Under the pieces are notes generated by a model. That model ran no database searches and was not told the origin of the DNA. It saw nothing but the letters and a program-made list of their open reading frames with translations. From the NCBI GenBank assembly GCA_040954595.2, contig CM082583.2, forward strand, positions 2,985,060-3,049,059: a DNA stretch of 64,000 nucleotides. The letters are read 5' to 3'. Numbering within the stretch: position 1 is the first letter of the stretch; each line of letters starts with the position of its first letter. Positions 11,046 through 25,600 of this stretch are shown piece by piece. This DNA comes from Balanoglossus misakiensis. Lineage: Eukaryota; Animalia; Hemichordata. Position numbers and translations under genes: made by a program.

Positions 11046-14043
11046 GTGGGTGTTAATTTTGGCATGAATTACACTCCATATAAAGCGAGTGCTACGTGGC
11101 AATACACATTTCGGCAGTCCCTTTATGACTTGGTGGCTACTCTCTACCACAGGGGTCTATCATGTTGTGCGAATTCTCGTGCTATTAATGAGGTCGTCAC
11201 TTTTTTATCATGCTCATGAACCGAGCGGAAAATGTCGTTTTTGAAAGAATGGGTCTAATCATTATTTTATCGTTAAAATGTTTCACAAACTTTGTATATG
11301 CCGAGAATGGTATTTTAGACCAGTGAGTATTTAAAGCCCTGACTATCCTATGATGTATGAAAACTGTATGTTACCCTCATTGAGCATTACACATGATGTC
11401 GAAATGCCATTATACGGTGAGATTTCACCAATACGTGATGAGGTCAAAACGATATGCGGGGAGGTTATACCATTACGATATGAGGACATGCTGTGATGTG
11501 GTGAGGTTATATCATTATACATGTATGATCACATCATAGCACATACTCAAAATTATATCTAGGGTTAGCAGTGTTCGCGCAAGGATTTTTTTCACATTAG
11601 CCACAGTCAGCAGATTTTGCTAAATCATTCCAAAAAAGTGAAGCCACACAAATAAACACGAAACTATGCGGAAAAAGGCTCCTCAGACAGACGGGTTATT
11701 ATGTATTTTTCCATTTAATGAGTACTTTAGGTGTTTGAAAGCTGGTACACTTGAATCGCACCTGCCCCCCCCCTCCCCTGTTAATTCTGACCAGGCCCTT
11801 ATTCACTACTGAATTTGTATTTGGTTTCATTTTCTGTAAGCTGTGATGATAAGCACTAATACTTGATTGCTTAAAGAGAATATCTTGGCTCGATATACAC
11901 TTTTGAGGATAAAAAATAATTGGGCTTGTGTGTTAAATGCTGGGGTTCGTTTATTTATCGTTTTTCCCAATCTCTTGTCACTTGTCACATTAAAAACAAA
12001 TTCTTGCTCACCAAAACGCACATGATAACATATTCAGATTCAATTAAATGTGCGTAGAGGAATGTGGAGGAAATTAATCATGCTACGGGAATTGATAAGT
12101 TTAGGGTGACATGGAATTTCTGACAAACGAGAAAGTTACTTTCATTATCATATATGTACCTGGATTCACGTCCCGTGTCATGCGGTAAAGCGCCCTCACG
12201 TGCGTGCAGTCCCCCCCCCCCCCCCGAAAAAGGTCATCGAGGTGCCTGTTCACGCTGCTACAGGCAATAATCACAGATTAATTAAACGATGAAATAAGGA
12301 TATTTACGTGATTTGTTCTACTTGGATCACACAGAGAAGCAATATTTTTAGTAGCAAACGTAAAACTCATCGTCGTAAAACCACGACCTGTTTACGGCAA
12401 CTGCTACGCGCTACCGCCAACAGGCCGTGGTGGATTTGGAAGGTTTTCGCGGATCCCAGCGTCAGTTCCAGCAGCCAGACAAAGGAACCAATCAGAGAGC
12501 CCGTCTCATAAAACTGCATAACTTATTTAAATGACAGTGCAAAATGGCGGATTTAAAGCTGACAGCAGCCGAAGAGCTCGCGATATCCAGACTACTGATT
12601 GGCTAATTCCAATGTCGTTTCTCATGAATAATTCATTAGTCTACGTCCTAAATTCCGGGGTTCCCTACTGTAATCTGCCAGAGCCCGTTTTTTGCGTAGC
12701 TCCGCGGAGCGGAAACACGGTCGGCTCTGGCTTGCGAGAATGGTAAAACTGTGTCACGGTGTTGTAAGAATTCAGCGACCATTTCTATACATGTAGGCCT
12801 CGGACGCATTACGCAGATGACTACGCAGATGCAGTGCGTTGATGAGATGAACCTTATCATTTTGATTGCAAAATAGTCTTTACACAAGTTTCACTGTATG
12901 GAGTTGCATGAAGCTCGATTGTATAATCTTGTACATCATGAACTGAAACTGCGGATGTGTAATTTGATTTAGGTGTCACGTGTTTACGTGTACACATCGT
13001 TGGATCAATCTGTATTGTAGTTTTTTCCACACAAAAAAATCACATTCCATAGCCTTACACGTAGAATTTTGAGAAAACAGTGTTAGAATATTGCCACTTT
13101 CTTGAAATTTTCACAAAAGGCGCCAAAAGAGGAGTATTATTAAATGATATAAATAAAACACTATGTCACCATGCTTGATTTTTTGATAGAGCTTTTTAGA
13201 TAGAGATAACCCTAACTATAGCATTAACTGTGCGAGAAAAGTGCTTACTCAGCGTTTTCCACAATATTTGAGATCCCCTCACTGAAAAAGTAGCATGGGA
13301 ACACCCTGTTTTCTCTCTATGTTTATTTTTTTACATTCATTGATAAACAATAGATATAAAATCTGGAAAATGACAATATTCTAACTTATGAGTACAGTAG
13401 GCATCTACCTTCAGCATAAAGCAAACAGATTAGCGGCATTAACAAACTATGCAGAGTTTGACAACGGAATAAAATGTACATTACACGCAACAGTGACATT
13501 ATAAACATATCAGGGAGAATTAAAGTCATTGATTATTTCTATTTCATCGACACAAAAGACTACAGAAATTATTGAACACTCAGTAATTTAGAAAATTTTA
13601 TTCCAGGGAATTCTTTCGTATTGAGTCACAGCCTAAGGGAGAAAACAATAGACTTCGAAAAAAATAAATCAGTGTAAGAGCTAAAATGATCACTACAATC
13701 GGAAACGAAACAAAAATACGGGTCGGAAAACGTAGGCAGGGGGCGCAATTCCGAATACGCAAAACCCTTAGAAGCAGAGGAGTCTGGGTAACCGAGACTA
13801 TTAGTAAGCATATTTGACCGTCTATGGCCGTATTCGCTTCCAATCATGCGTCGCTGCTTAACAGAGGTTTGCATCCCTGATAAGCTTACAATCATTTATG
13901 ACAATAATTTATCTATTTTCGAAAGGTACTGAATCATCTCAGTTGAAATTCTCGACATACGAATACTGTACGAGCCCCGATGAATATTAATCAATGGGTA
14001 AATCGGACGCTCTTTAAACGTGTAAATAAAAACAAACAAATTA

Positions 14044-14045
<2 letters not shown>

Positions 14046-14081
<36 letters not shown>

Positions 14082-14120
14082 GGACGGACGGACGGACAGA
14101 CGGATGGGTGGATGGATGGA
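14046..14120. repeat. (CAGA)n/(CGGA)n/(TGGA)n microsatellite
   Basis: Direct reading. A similar tract lies at 14820-14890. Confidence 0.9.
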
Positions 14121-14677
14121 TTTGTCTTGATTATTTTGCATAATGTACAAATCACACGACCCGACCGACCGAACGAGGCAAGCCTGGTCTCGGTGGATCT
14201 GATAAAATGTTTCTCTGTGTGAAGTTTATCAGTCTGCGGTTTATCCGAAAATATTCATGTCATGGGAAAGATTCATCTGCTGTTGATTTTCTCGATACGG
14301 TGATGGGTACGACAACTATACTAACATTACGTACACAAAGTAGAAACTAGAACTCATATTTTGTATAATTGTGTGATGCCATGCACGTTTAGGTTTACTT
14401 GTTGCCTCTTCCTCTCATTTTTTCTCTTTAAACACTGAAGATGACGTACCACTGAAATATAGAATCCCAATTAGTTGAAATTTGCAAAGTGTGAATTAAA
14501 AAAAACTTTTAACACGAACAAACATATGTTACTTTACCCAGAGACCCAGTTTTGTAAAGAAAATGATAAACGGGTGTGAGGGCGTGTTGATGGTAAGATT
14601 TGGTGTATGATGAAAATTGCAGAGTAACCTATACGTCAGGCACTACTTGTTGATGGTTGCAACGCTTTCTGGCGAAA

Positions 14678-17600
14678 ATGACGAATGTCCACCGTGTTTG
14701 GTTTCATGCTAATGCAATTCTGGTTTGTCTTTTCACGACGCAAGTTCTCGCCCAACGTAGGTGTATCTTTGTTTGCTCTTTACCATTAATTTATGAACTA
14801 ATAGGTGACTAACGGGACAGGCAGGCAGACAGACCTGCAGACAGACAGACAGACAGACAGACAGGCAGACGGACAGACAGACAGACACTGCAAAACATAT
14901 AGACAGAAAGAGGAACGGTTGAACATCAGACGATCATTAGAGTACAGACCAAAACACAAGCAAGAAGAGACAGGTGTATATAGAGAGAGACATTAAAAAG
15001 AAACCGCCAGATTATATAGAGTGACAGACAAGGGAATGTAGACAGCTAGAAGAACGGGAGACGGACACGGGTCATAGACAAAAGTACAGACGTAACCAGA
15101 GAGACAACTTTATCCTTTGTATGAATGCAAACTGAATTTTTTATGCCAAGAGTATGTGTTATAAATATAATTTCTCGATATTCTGAGTGATGGTAATCTT
15201 CTCACATTATATTTTTATTGCTGCAATGTCAAACGGAATCATTCATTATGGATTAAGTACAGTACAGAGTTGGGTGGTACAAATTTTATACTGATCGCTT
15301 TTTGGCGTTAGGTTGCCGTTTTGGGAAAATTACTAACTTTGATTTCTTTATATTCGACGTAGCAGACCTAAATGCTAGTACATGTATATTATTTGTAAAC
15401 CATAGCCATCAATCAACTCATCAACCCGTACGCCATCATCATTCTGATGAGACCTTGACCGTGACACCAAAAGACTATTGCCGTAAAGTAAATATAGTAC
15501 ATGTATATTAAATGAATAACGCGTACGTATCCCGTATCCTGACTCCCTATATGTGGTTATCTGAGTTCAGCATGTTACTGTTGGTATGCGTATGAAAGAA
15601 GTTTAATTTATTTGATACACACACACAACACAACACAACACAACACAACACAACACAACACAACACAACACAACACAACACAACACAACACAACACAACA
15701 CAACACAACACAACACAATATCTTCCAACGAACGATTTCATAGCAATATAACTTTTCCATTAGCGAAAAACAGCATTTTGATGACTATATGCGTATCTAT
15801 CTCAGTGAAATAGTAGTCTTCTGCATCCGAAACGGTTGGAGTGACCTTTGACCTCTTTGCTGTATTGTTGTAGCTGCATCGTACTGGTACCAGCTTGGCC
15901 AGGACAGCATTGACAGGGCACTGGAACTTGAAAATTTCAATGTGAATCTGGCAAAGAATATAATCCTGTTCCTTGGAGATGGCATGGGTATAGTCACAGT
16001 GACCAGTTCACGGATTCAGAAAGGTCAGGATTTGGGATCAACAGGCGAAGAACACCAACTAAACTTCGAGACGTTTCCTCATGTTGCGTTATCAAAGGTA
16101 GGACACGGTCCATGTTCCACTTTTACAACAAATGCTAGTGTTACAGTTTACCCATACACTTTGTTAGGTTGCTATACCACAAATCAGGAACGGTAACCTG
16201 AAGAAATTACCAGTGTTCATATTATCACCATCATTTGACACAGTATTCTGCTTTCTGGCCTTATCAAATGTTAATCATTCCCAATTTTGAACTATCATAC
16301 ATCTTTTACATCTTTTAGATTTAGTTATAAGCATAGTACCGACATTTTCTTTCCATTTGTTTCACACGTTGCATTATTTGTTTCACGAAATATGCATTCA
16401 AAATAAATACAAATGCCCAACCGTTAAACTTTAATTATATTTCTTGTACAATATAAAATTAAAACAGTACCCGAATTCTACATATGTCATATTTTAGACA
16501 ATCATTTAGTAAAACCACTGGCTTCACATCTCCACTTTCCCTTTCAAGTTATTTCTGCCGAACAACATATAACTGCATTCCCCCAATACGTACCCACTGT
16601 TCAAATGCAGTCAGTACCCGTTTGAAGTTTTGAACGCATAAAACATATCTTGAAAATTTGCCCGTCTATACGTTTATCATGCGAAGGATCATGATGCAGA
16701 AATAGTGAAGCCTGCGTCTAACATCACGGGGATGTATCGTTGTAGGGCTTAATAGGGAAGTTCCTTATTTGATCATCCTCATTAGTTCGTTAGGCATTTG
16801 TGTTAACTGTCACGTGACTGTTTTCAGACGTACAACACAGATCACCAGGTACCGGATTCTGCAGGGACAGCCACCGCGTATTTGTGTGGAGCTAAGACCA
16901 AACGTGGAGTGATTGGTCTAGACGACAGGGCCATCAGAGGAGATTGTGCTGCAAGTCTGAATGCGGATATACCATCCATTTTAGAAATTGCTATAGACGC
17001 TGGTGAGTCGTCCGTCTATCACACATTCTCTTCGGAGATGATTCAATGGGAATCACATTGTGAATTTGTCTTGCCCGCACGGCGATGTTCAGTAGATTTC
17101 TTCTAAATATGTATAATTCCTTTATGAATATCAACAATATAAGTTTATAAAATCATTAACGGGACTTGAAATCCGTAAATATTGTCATCAAACAATCAGT
17201 TGCAAATCGGGCAGCTCAGTAAAAAGTACAGTCTGTCATATATTGATATTCTAGGCAAGTCCGTTGGTATTGTTACAACCACCAGAGTGACGCATGCCAC
17301 ACCAGCGGGTACCTATGCGCACGTCCCTGACAGAGACTGGGAAGCTGACAGTGATATACCGTTAACTGAACAAGGCAAAGGATGCAAAGATATCGCCTTA
17401 CAGATGGTGGAACAAGCTGAGATACAGGTACATCTATATAATTATAATCATCGCCTTGTCAAAAAGGGCCACGTAAATTATTCATTTAATGTAAAGAAAA
17501 ACGTCACCCTCAAAGGTATAGTCAATTTACTACAGATTAGACCAAAATAAAATAAAAAGTTTTCCCGTAAAATGCCCCTCAGAAATAGGGAACGCAGGAA

Positions 17601-20600
17601 AGATTTAAAAAAACTTTGGGGGACAGTATTATTCTGAATGAATTTCAACTTTTTGCCTAGTCTGGCGGGATTTTTTCAAGTGGAGAAAATAAGTAGTTTT
17701 TGCCAGGGTAGGTTGGGAACACACGCGTTTTTCTTGACTGTATGCGGAAATTGTTGTTGAAAAAAAGTGACTAGTTGATGTTTGTACTCCATGCCTACTC
17801 TAGTGCCATCGAAGTTACTAGACATGTAATCACGGGACTGCAAGGACGTGCATGGACGGCAATGCATAACGGCATAAATCTACACATCAGTTTGTTTTGT
17901 GATACCATTAATCAATAAAATCACTCTTTTTGTGGTGGATTTTATGTCCATCCACATCCCCAAACCTCCATAAATGTAACCGATTCCATTCTGAGCACAT
18001 ATGAACGGTGTATTGTTTCTCTGTACATTTCTGTTATGTTTTGCCTTTTGCCATGATTTACACCGGGTTCACTCCACCGTGCTCAGACAAAGCCTGACAC
18101 AAACTCTTTTCTAGGTTGTCTTGGGAGGAGGAAGACAAAAGTTCATGTTAGACTCACAGCGAGATCCAGAAGCTGGAGTTCTACCAGAGTTTGGCGATCG
18201 TACAGATGGACGTGATTTGATAAAAGAGTGGATTGATGGCAAACCATTGGGTACCGCTGAGTATGTGTGGAATGAAGCAGATTTCAACAACGTCGACACG
18301 ACCAAAATTGATTATCTCCTCGGTATTTCAATGCATCAATTATCCATTGACATTTGACATTGTGACAAATACGTTTTTTTAGTTTTATTTATTGTGTTTG
18401 TGACTTGTGTTAACAGTCTTAAACCAAGACATTATGGAGAAGGTTATGACTGTCTGTCTGTCTGTACCGTGGGGTGGGGATATGCTGATTCCCTCTGTCC
18501 GTGTGGGATTCAGCATATCCCCACCCCCACGGTACAGCTGCGTTTCCACAGCTAGCCGCACGCGAGCGCGCGCGCGCGTGTGTGTACATATGTACGTGAG
18601 CTGTAAATTCCTTGGCTATAGGGTACTTTATACCGGACTGTCTGAATGCACACGCATCACTGCTGTTGAACTCGCTACTAGTGATAACTGGTATACCCAC
18701 CGGCAGTTATACCAGTCGCGGCCTAAAACCAAATAGATGTCACTGTAGTGACTTATCCAGTTTTAAACGTCTAGAACTTCAAAGCCAGGGCATTCAATCC
18801 AATTAGCAGTTAGATTTGTGACAGATATTATTGTTTTCATTCTAAGAAAGTAAACAATCACCTGAAAATGCTACTATTATCTTCGGAAGAAGGAAATACT
18901 CCTGCCAACCTTACAAGCTACTTCAAATATGTAATATTGTTGTCACAATTCGGGAATATGCAGCTTTAATGGTGATACGTTCGTCTGAACCATTCCAATG
19001 TTATCTTCCAGGATTATTTGAAAGAAGTCACATGGAATTCGAAGACGCCAGAGCAAATGACGACGCTGGTGAGCCACATATCGCCAACATGACCAAAAAA
19101 GCCATCGAAATCCTCTCAAAGAATGCAAACGGGTTTTTCTTGCTTGTTGAAGGTGAGGAATCGGGCAGGAAATAACACATAAGTCTGTCATTTAGTCCAC
19201 GTGTTTCTATACCCGTTACAAGAGTATATGTATAAAGGAATACAACAACTCGAATTCGAGGTTCTTGTAGGCTAAACATTTAGGTCAATCGACATTCAAT
19301 GTATTTCTAAATGAAGAATTCCACTCGTTACCTGCTTTGGTGTTCTTAACACCATGGTCACGTGCTTCGCTATGTGTTTTGTTGTTGTTGTTGTTGTTGT
19401 TTACGCCATGATTTATTTTGATTCTAGGCGGTCGTATCGACCATGCCCATCACGCTAACCAGGCATACAGTTCACTGTACGACACAATAGCAATGGACGA
19501 GGCAGTGCAGATGGCAAAGGATATGACGTCAGTCAATGATACATTGATTGTAGTCACAGCTGATCATAGTCATGGTAACACCATCAGTGGGTATCAATCA
19601 AGAGGAAACCCAATATTAGGTAAAAACACAACAAGACTTTCAATTGACACTTTATAACAATTATATGAAATAGCCTAGGTGGTGGAAAATGTGATATCCT
19701 ATAGTCGGGGGGGGGGGTACCGTTGAAAAGGGTTGGCCACAACAGGAGAGACAAATATAATAAAGATGGATGCAGAGGGATAAACTGTGTTGTAAATTGA
19801 GATGACAAAATGTCACTTGTAAAGTATATAGGCCTAACTAAAGACTATGAGGTTTCCCCTGCAGCACAAGTTCACGACGACCATGGCAATGTTATTAGGT
19901 AATGCAGCAGATATTGACGTATTATGGTCCAAACTCGGTGTGTACTGATTACCCTCTGGTACTTGAAGCACTGCACTTCCCTAGTGTTATCGTCACTGCT
20001 AAATGCGCATTTTTTACTTTGCTTATTTTAGGTAAAGTTGACTTGGATATTGGCGACGATGGATTACCATACACCACCATAATGTATTCCGATGGTCCAG
20101 GTGGCGTGACAGTGACAAACAGTTACGAAAACACTGGAGAAAGACCCAACATTACCGATACAAACACAGGTAAATTTCACACGAACGCTTGATTTACAGC
20201 ACTATTTGCGCTTCTATTTCTGTCCTCTTCAGTTATAACAGGTTTGCTTACAGACGAGTTCTAAGAAGACCGGTGCTACTTGATATAAAAGGACATTATG
20301 GAGTGTTCAGATTTTACTTCAAGGGGTGATGGAGGATTTTCCATTTCCCTCCTCTTTGAAATCCTTCGCCCCTTGAAGTTATTTCTGAGCACTCCCCCCG
20401 TAATTGGCTAAACGTAGTCAAATGAGGATTCTATTGACCATGTCTCAAAGGATTTCTAGCCAACATCACAGACAGACAGACAGACAGACAGACAGGACAA
20501 TAGTTGACCAAGATGGCAGTTAGGCCTCAACTATCTTTTTTAAAACCCCGATGCAAGGAGTCTGTAAGTTCAGTTAGTGTTGTCAATCCGTCTGCAACGT

Positions 20601-20861
20601 TTCTATATTACAGACAGTCCTCTTTACGTATTCCAAGCGTTGATATCACAGGCGTCAGCCAGCCATGCAGGCGAAGATGTAGCAATCTTTGCAGACGGAC
20701 CAATGGCTCATTTATTTCACGGCATTCACGAGCAGAGCTATATTCCTCACGTCATGCAGTATGCAGCTTGTATAGGCAATTATACTTCGGTTTGTTCACC
20801 AAGTCAAATGCAAGAATCACCTGCCCTTATTAAAGGTGCATTCAAACGTGAAGATTGGTAA
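14678..20861 (+). CDS. ALPL: Alkaline phosphatase (tissue-nonspecific-like), paralog 1; 9 coding exons, 525 aa
   Basis: Exons 14678-14756, 15874-16097, 16828-17002, 17255-17427, 18115-18322, 19012-19152, 19428-19619, 20032-20169, 20614-20861; all GT-AG, total 1578 nt in frame. Signal peptide [26 protein letters not shown]. Motifs [17 protein letters not shown] (catalytic Ser), [33 protein letters not shown]. The symbol indicates family, not strict orthology. Confidence 0.95.
15620..15718. repeat. (ACACA)n pentanucleotide microsatellite
   Basis: Direct reading; in intron 1 of AP paralog 1. Confidence 0.95.
18462..18537. other. Near-perfect ~32-bp-stem hairpin in AP1 intron 5 (probably MITE-derived)
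   Basis: CTGTACCGTGGGGTGGGGATATGCTGATTCCC ... GGGATTCAGCATATCCCCACCCCCACGGTACAG. The downstream ACGGTACAGCTGCGT-CCACAGCTA recurs at ~33989-34013. Confidence 0.75.
20300..20395. mobile_element. Small MITE with ~27-bp imperfect TIRs
   Basis: GGAGTGTTCAGATTTTACTTCAAGGGG ... CCCCTTGAAGTTATTTCTGAGCACTCC. Confidence 0.65.
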
Positions 20862-21021
20862 ATTGAATTTCCCCAAAAGTACGAATATGCAATCTAACTG
20901 TTTGTCAGAAACCAAGGCCATGAAATATTGTGTAAAAGATAGTTCGTAGTTCGGATGTAATTTGAAATTAAACACATTTTAGCAGTTACCGGTAATTGGA
21001 TTTTGCTGTTTTTCATTTCTT

Positions 21022-21252
21022 GTCCCGTTTACAGGATATGAGAGTAAGAATCTCGCCAAAATGAATAAATGGTAAACACCGATTATTCATTTTGGCGAGT
21101 TTTTCACTCTCGTGTCTACAAGTGGGATGGAAGTTGTGTGTGGTCGAACGTCGATTCACTATATATCCACATGTAGAATAACATAAACAGTGTCTTGTAT
21201 CAAACATAATTAATGGAAAAGGGGCAGCGAGAGAGAGACTTTGTCCCTTTAA
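21022..21252. mobile_element. Partial copy of the palindromic TTAA-flanked MITE (family of 24718-25071)
   Basis: Near-identical to 24850-25071; ends GACTTTGTCCCT|TTAA. Confidence 0.85.
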
Positions 21253-22680
21253 AGAGAAAACACGAGACATTATGGAAGGATTCAATTTTCTGCAGACCGA
21301 TGTCTTGTGTGATGACAAAATACTTAATAGGGTGATCAAATCATAATAAATAAATCCATTTTGCAAAGCATTTCTGTCACTTTGAAATCTCACCTCTTCG
21401 TTAAGAACATTAAAAACGTGAATGGATCGCTGCTTCCAAATTAGAGTGTCGCAGTGAATGCGTCACAAAACCACAAGGGTCATTCTATCCTTTAGAGAAA
21501 CCTTCCTTTTTAATTATTGTAGATTTGAGCTTGTGTTTGGATATATAATACAGAGAGACTAGGTATGGAGGATGGGTGCCGTGGTTGTTTTCCTTTGCCA
21601 CGACATATATCATTTACTGTATGAAAGGGGTATTTACAAAGGATTGATGTTTAATTGGGTTATCAAGACAGAGGGGCCCGCAGATCTTTGCAGTGGACCT
21701 AATTGATAATCAGTTTGAGGGGAAGCAAATGAGATAAACATTCGTCCTATCTGACACAACTGATACCTCGGTGGGTTAACAAGAAAAAGGATGACTAGCC
21801 TAAGCATTATTTTACTGAGTGACCCAATTAGAGACAACAGATGAATGTTTAACATACTAATCACCAACATCTGTTTTTAAATAACTGGCCTGCTAACCCA
21901 GATGGCTTATCTAGTATGTCAATGTTACATTTTCAGACTTTAGAGGCCCACTTTATTAATGATTTACTTCGTAGGAAACTTATACCAGATGAGAATGTCT
22001 ATAAACAGCCAAAGACTGGCGAAGATTTGACGAGCATCCCCTAAAGCAGAACCCGCCTTTTGGCATCTGAATTCCGCCGGATGTTTTAAACAGTTCCTAC
22101 AAAGGATAATGTTTGGACGAAGGTTATATTGATGAGCAGAATTGTAGACATTTAGGCATGGCACATGCAGTAGAACAAGAAAATGAAGCTGATAGAACGC
22201 AAATGCAGAAAATAGCCAAACGTTACAACTAATTCCCCTTTAAAGGTATAAAAAAGTAATTTGAGCCCGAGCCGATCACCTATTTTTAGTGGATGGCCAC
22301 CCGTACAGATGCCCTATATGGTCATTTGAAGACAAAGACACGTCTTTTGGACCATATAGGCCTATGGGCATACTAGTACAATGCATGTAAATTGGAGGTG
22401 AGTGTATTCCTTGCGAAAGGCCTACTAGACTTGGGATGAATGACACAAAGAAACGTTATTTGTGTGTTAGGTTAAAGAACAACGAATAAGTCTAGAGATT
22501 TCACCCATAGTCATTTTATTTTGTCTGTTGTAAATCATAATAAGGCTTAAAGGATTTCTCCCGACGGCCAATATTTCCAAAATAGATCAACACTGACACT
22601 ATGAACAACAATAAAGGAAATGCGTGAATATTCATTTATGTCAGTTATAACATGAGTTAGTCATTGTCATTCATTCTCTA

Positions 22681-25600
22681 TTAAGCCTTTGTTTTCAATT
22701 TGGCATCCAGTGGTGACAGCCTATTGGTGGATATGCAGTGTTGTGTATATTGACCAATGCAGGCTGCGTACTGCATCACGTGGAAGATATAATGTTGTTC
22801 ATGTGCGCCATGAACCAAGTGTGCCATTGGACCATCGGCAAAGATGCTAACATCTTCACCTCCATGAGTTGCTGAACTGTGAGGCACCAGTCCTTGATGC
22901 ACGTAGTTGGGATCGTCTGTAATCACAAGATTACGTTGAAGTAATATGTAAGATGCATACTTAGTGAAGTTATTTAAGCTAAAGGTCACCACCTTAACCA
23001 TACATGTACGCTGGTAGCATCTTAAGGAATATGCACCGCGAGACAGATTTTCATATTAATGAGAGGAGTCTCTTTAAAAAAAGAAGACAACTGGGTGTTC
23101 GCTGTCTTGTTTTCAGAAAAATATAAGTGATTTAATTTTCGCTATGGGGTTAACACAGACACTGGCGGCCATTTTGAATTTCAAATTTGAGACAATTTCA
23201 CGCTCTCCCCAATTTGTATTCTCAATTTTAAGCAAGAATAATATAAAGTTGCATTGAGCAAAATGTGAGAAAAAGTTTATGACTTTTGACCTTCGAGATA
23301 CATGCCACCTTAATTTTTTAGATCGTCAACGGGTTATTAGCTATAGGTAGTAGGAGTATATTTCAGGTTAATTTTAGGATCGAGTTACATGCAGACATGC
23401 ACTTATGCGCGTGTGCAGTTACGCCATGTTTGATTTTGGCTCTTTATTTTTGCAATTATTCTGTCAGATGTGTGTCCCCTCCATCCCCTCAATGATGTTA
23501 CTTTTAAATGGGAAAATGTTTCGGCCACTGACCTGTCTCCACATCTGTAAGATTAGGTCGAGTTCCTACTGTGTTGTAACTGTTTGAAACTTCCACGCCA
23601 CCAGGTCCGTTGCCATAAATAACTGTGGTGTATGGAAGACCGTCACCACCATCACCTGTATCCACTTGGCCTGCAATTGACATTTGTCAGAAATATCGAT
23701 TACCAATTGTCCTGTTGATTGACCCGTTTGATGTTATTGACCAGCCGCCGGCGAGTAATATTACTGGAGTATTGATTGTGATACTGTTTCAGTCGTTTTT
23801 AGAACTTGAAAGTAATAATTGTTTATATACTGCAGGTGATAGCAGGATAGCAAAATGGCTTCTTATATCAGAACAATAAGATAAACAGGGATACACACTC
23901 ACCTAATATAGGATTACCACGACTTGGATAACCAGTAATGGTGTTAATTGAGCTGTGATCAGCAGTGACAATATACAAAGTATTATTGCTCGAAGTCATA
24001 TTCTTTGCCAACTGAATTGCTTCATCAAAGGCTACTGCATCGTGAAGAGATTTGTGTGCCAGGTTACCATGGTGAGCATGATCAATGCGCGCACCTTCAA
24101 AAGTTAAGAGTATACATGTACATAAATTCTTTTTGAAATTTCTCAGTCTAACATTACATCAAAAAAGCAGAATCTTGTAAAATGGCAAAGTTAATAAGTG
24201 TCAGAAAACAACCAAATGTAACTTTCTCATTTATTCTAAACGTTGTCGTCTTCATCAAAACCCATCATTGCGTGGCGTTATAGTGAGTTCTGCTATTTAC
24301 TACACTCTAACATGTTCCCTTTCATGATGTAGAAGGGCTATATTGTTGAACACATGTTACGCCTATATTCTGTTGAATGATTCGTGTTTTTTTTATTGAA
24401 AAGCCAGTGGATTATTGTGATAAATTACCTTCTACGAGCAAGAAGAAGCCATTGGGATTTTTAGACAGGATTTCGATTGCCTTCCTGGTCATGTCTACAA
24501 TGTGTGGCTCTCCGGCTAAATCCGCGGGTCGGTCTACTTCGTATTTCATATGACTGTGTTCAAACAGACCTGAAATAAGCGGTAAAATAAAAACGGTTGA
24601 AATCGCCCTTTGTGTCGCTTTGGGATGGATGAATTATTTTTGTAATATATCCTTCCCCTGTCTCTCTTATCAACCTGTGGAGCCTCTTCTGTCACAACAA
24701 CACGCTGCTTACATTAAAAGGACAAAATCTCTTTCTCGCTGCCCTTTTTCCATTAATTATGTTTGATTCAAGAAACCATTAATGCTATTCTACATGTGGA
24801 TATACTAGTATAGTGAATCAACGTACGAATAACACAACTTCCATCCTATTTGTAGGATATGAGAGTAAAGATCTCGTCAAAATGAATAAATGGTAGGGAC
24901 TGATTATTCATTTTGGCGATTTTTTCACTCTCGTGTCTACAAGTGGGATGGAAGTTGTGTGTGGTCAAACGTTGATACACTATATATCCACATGTAGAAT
25001 AACATAAACGGTGTCTTGTATCAAACATAATTAATGGAAAAAAGGCAACGAGAGAGAGAGACTTTGTCCCTTTGACGGAAGGTGTTTCAATTGATCCAGC
25101 AATGTAGTGCAAACAAACACTATGTTTGTCATGTATTCTGTACTATCGTTTGATGAGTTAATGCGCAAATGCGTATACTAAGTTTTATTTAAAGGAATTC
25201 AGAAGAGTGAAAATATGAATTTGAATAATATAATATCGCTGTACTTTTAACAGTGCAGACATTGAGAAAACATTTTGTACTAGACTTTTATTGGGTTTTA
25301 ATTAATTAATTAATTAATTCTATTTTGCATGGAAAAATAATGCCTGCAGTTATCAGGGATATCACAATTCCACTACACCGCTTTTGGTCGGCTCAGATGA
25401 CATTGAAGTTTTGATGCGTGGTAGATTTGTCAAAAAGATGCGTTCAGTTATGATTTGCCCTATTAAATTTCAAACAAATTTCATTTAATCATTAAACCAC
25501 AAAAAAGAAAAGTCGCAATAGTTTCGGGCATAAAGACGACCAAATGTTTTCTATGGGTGGTGTTACGACACACCGTATTTAGTTCTGTACACTTGGTTGC

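Noticed and set aside
21013-21393. Recurrent ORF peptide [16 protein letters not shown] (also 24846-25112 and 52722-53108) as a gene family
   Set aside because: It is the translation of a non-coding palindromic MITE present in four copies.
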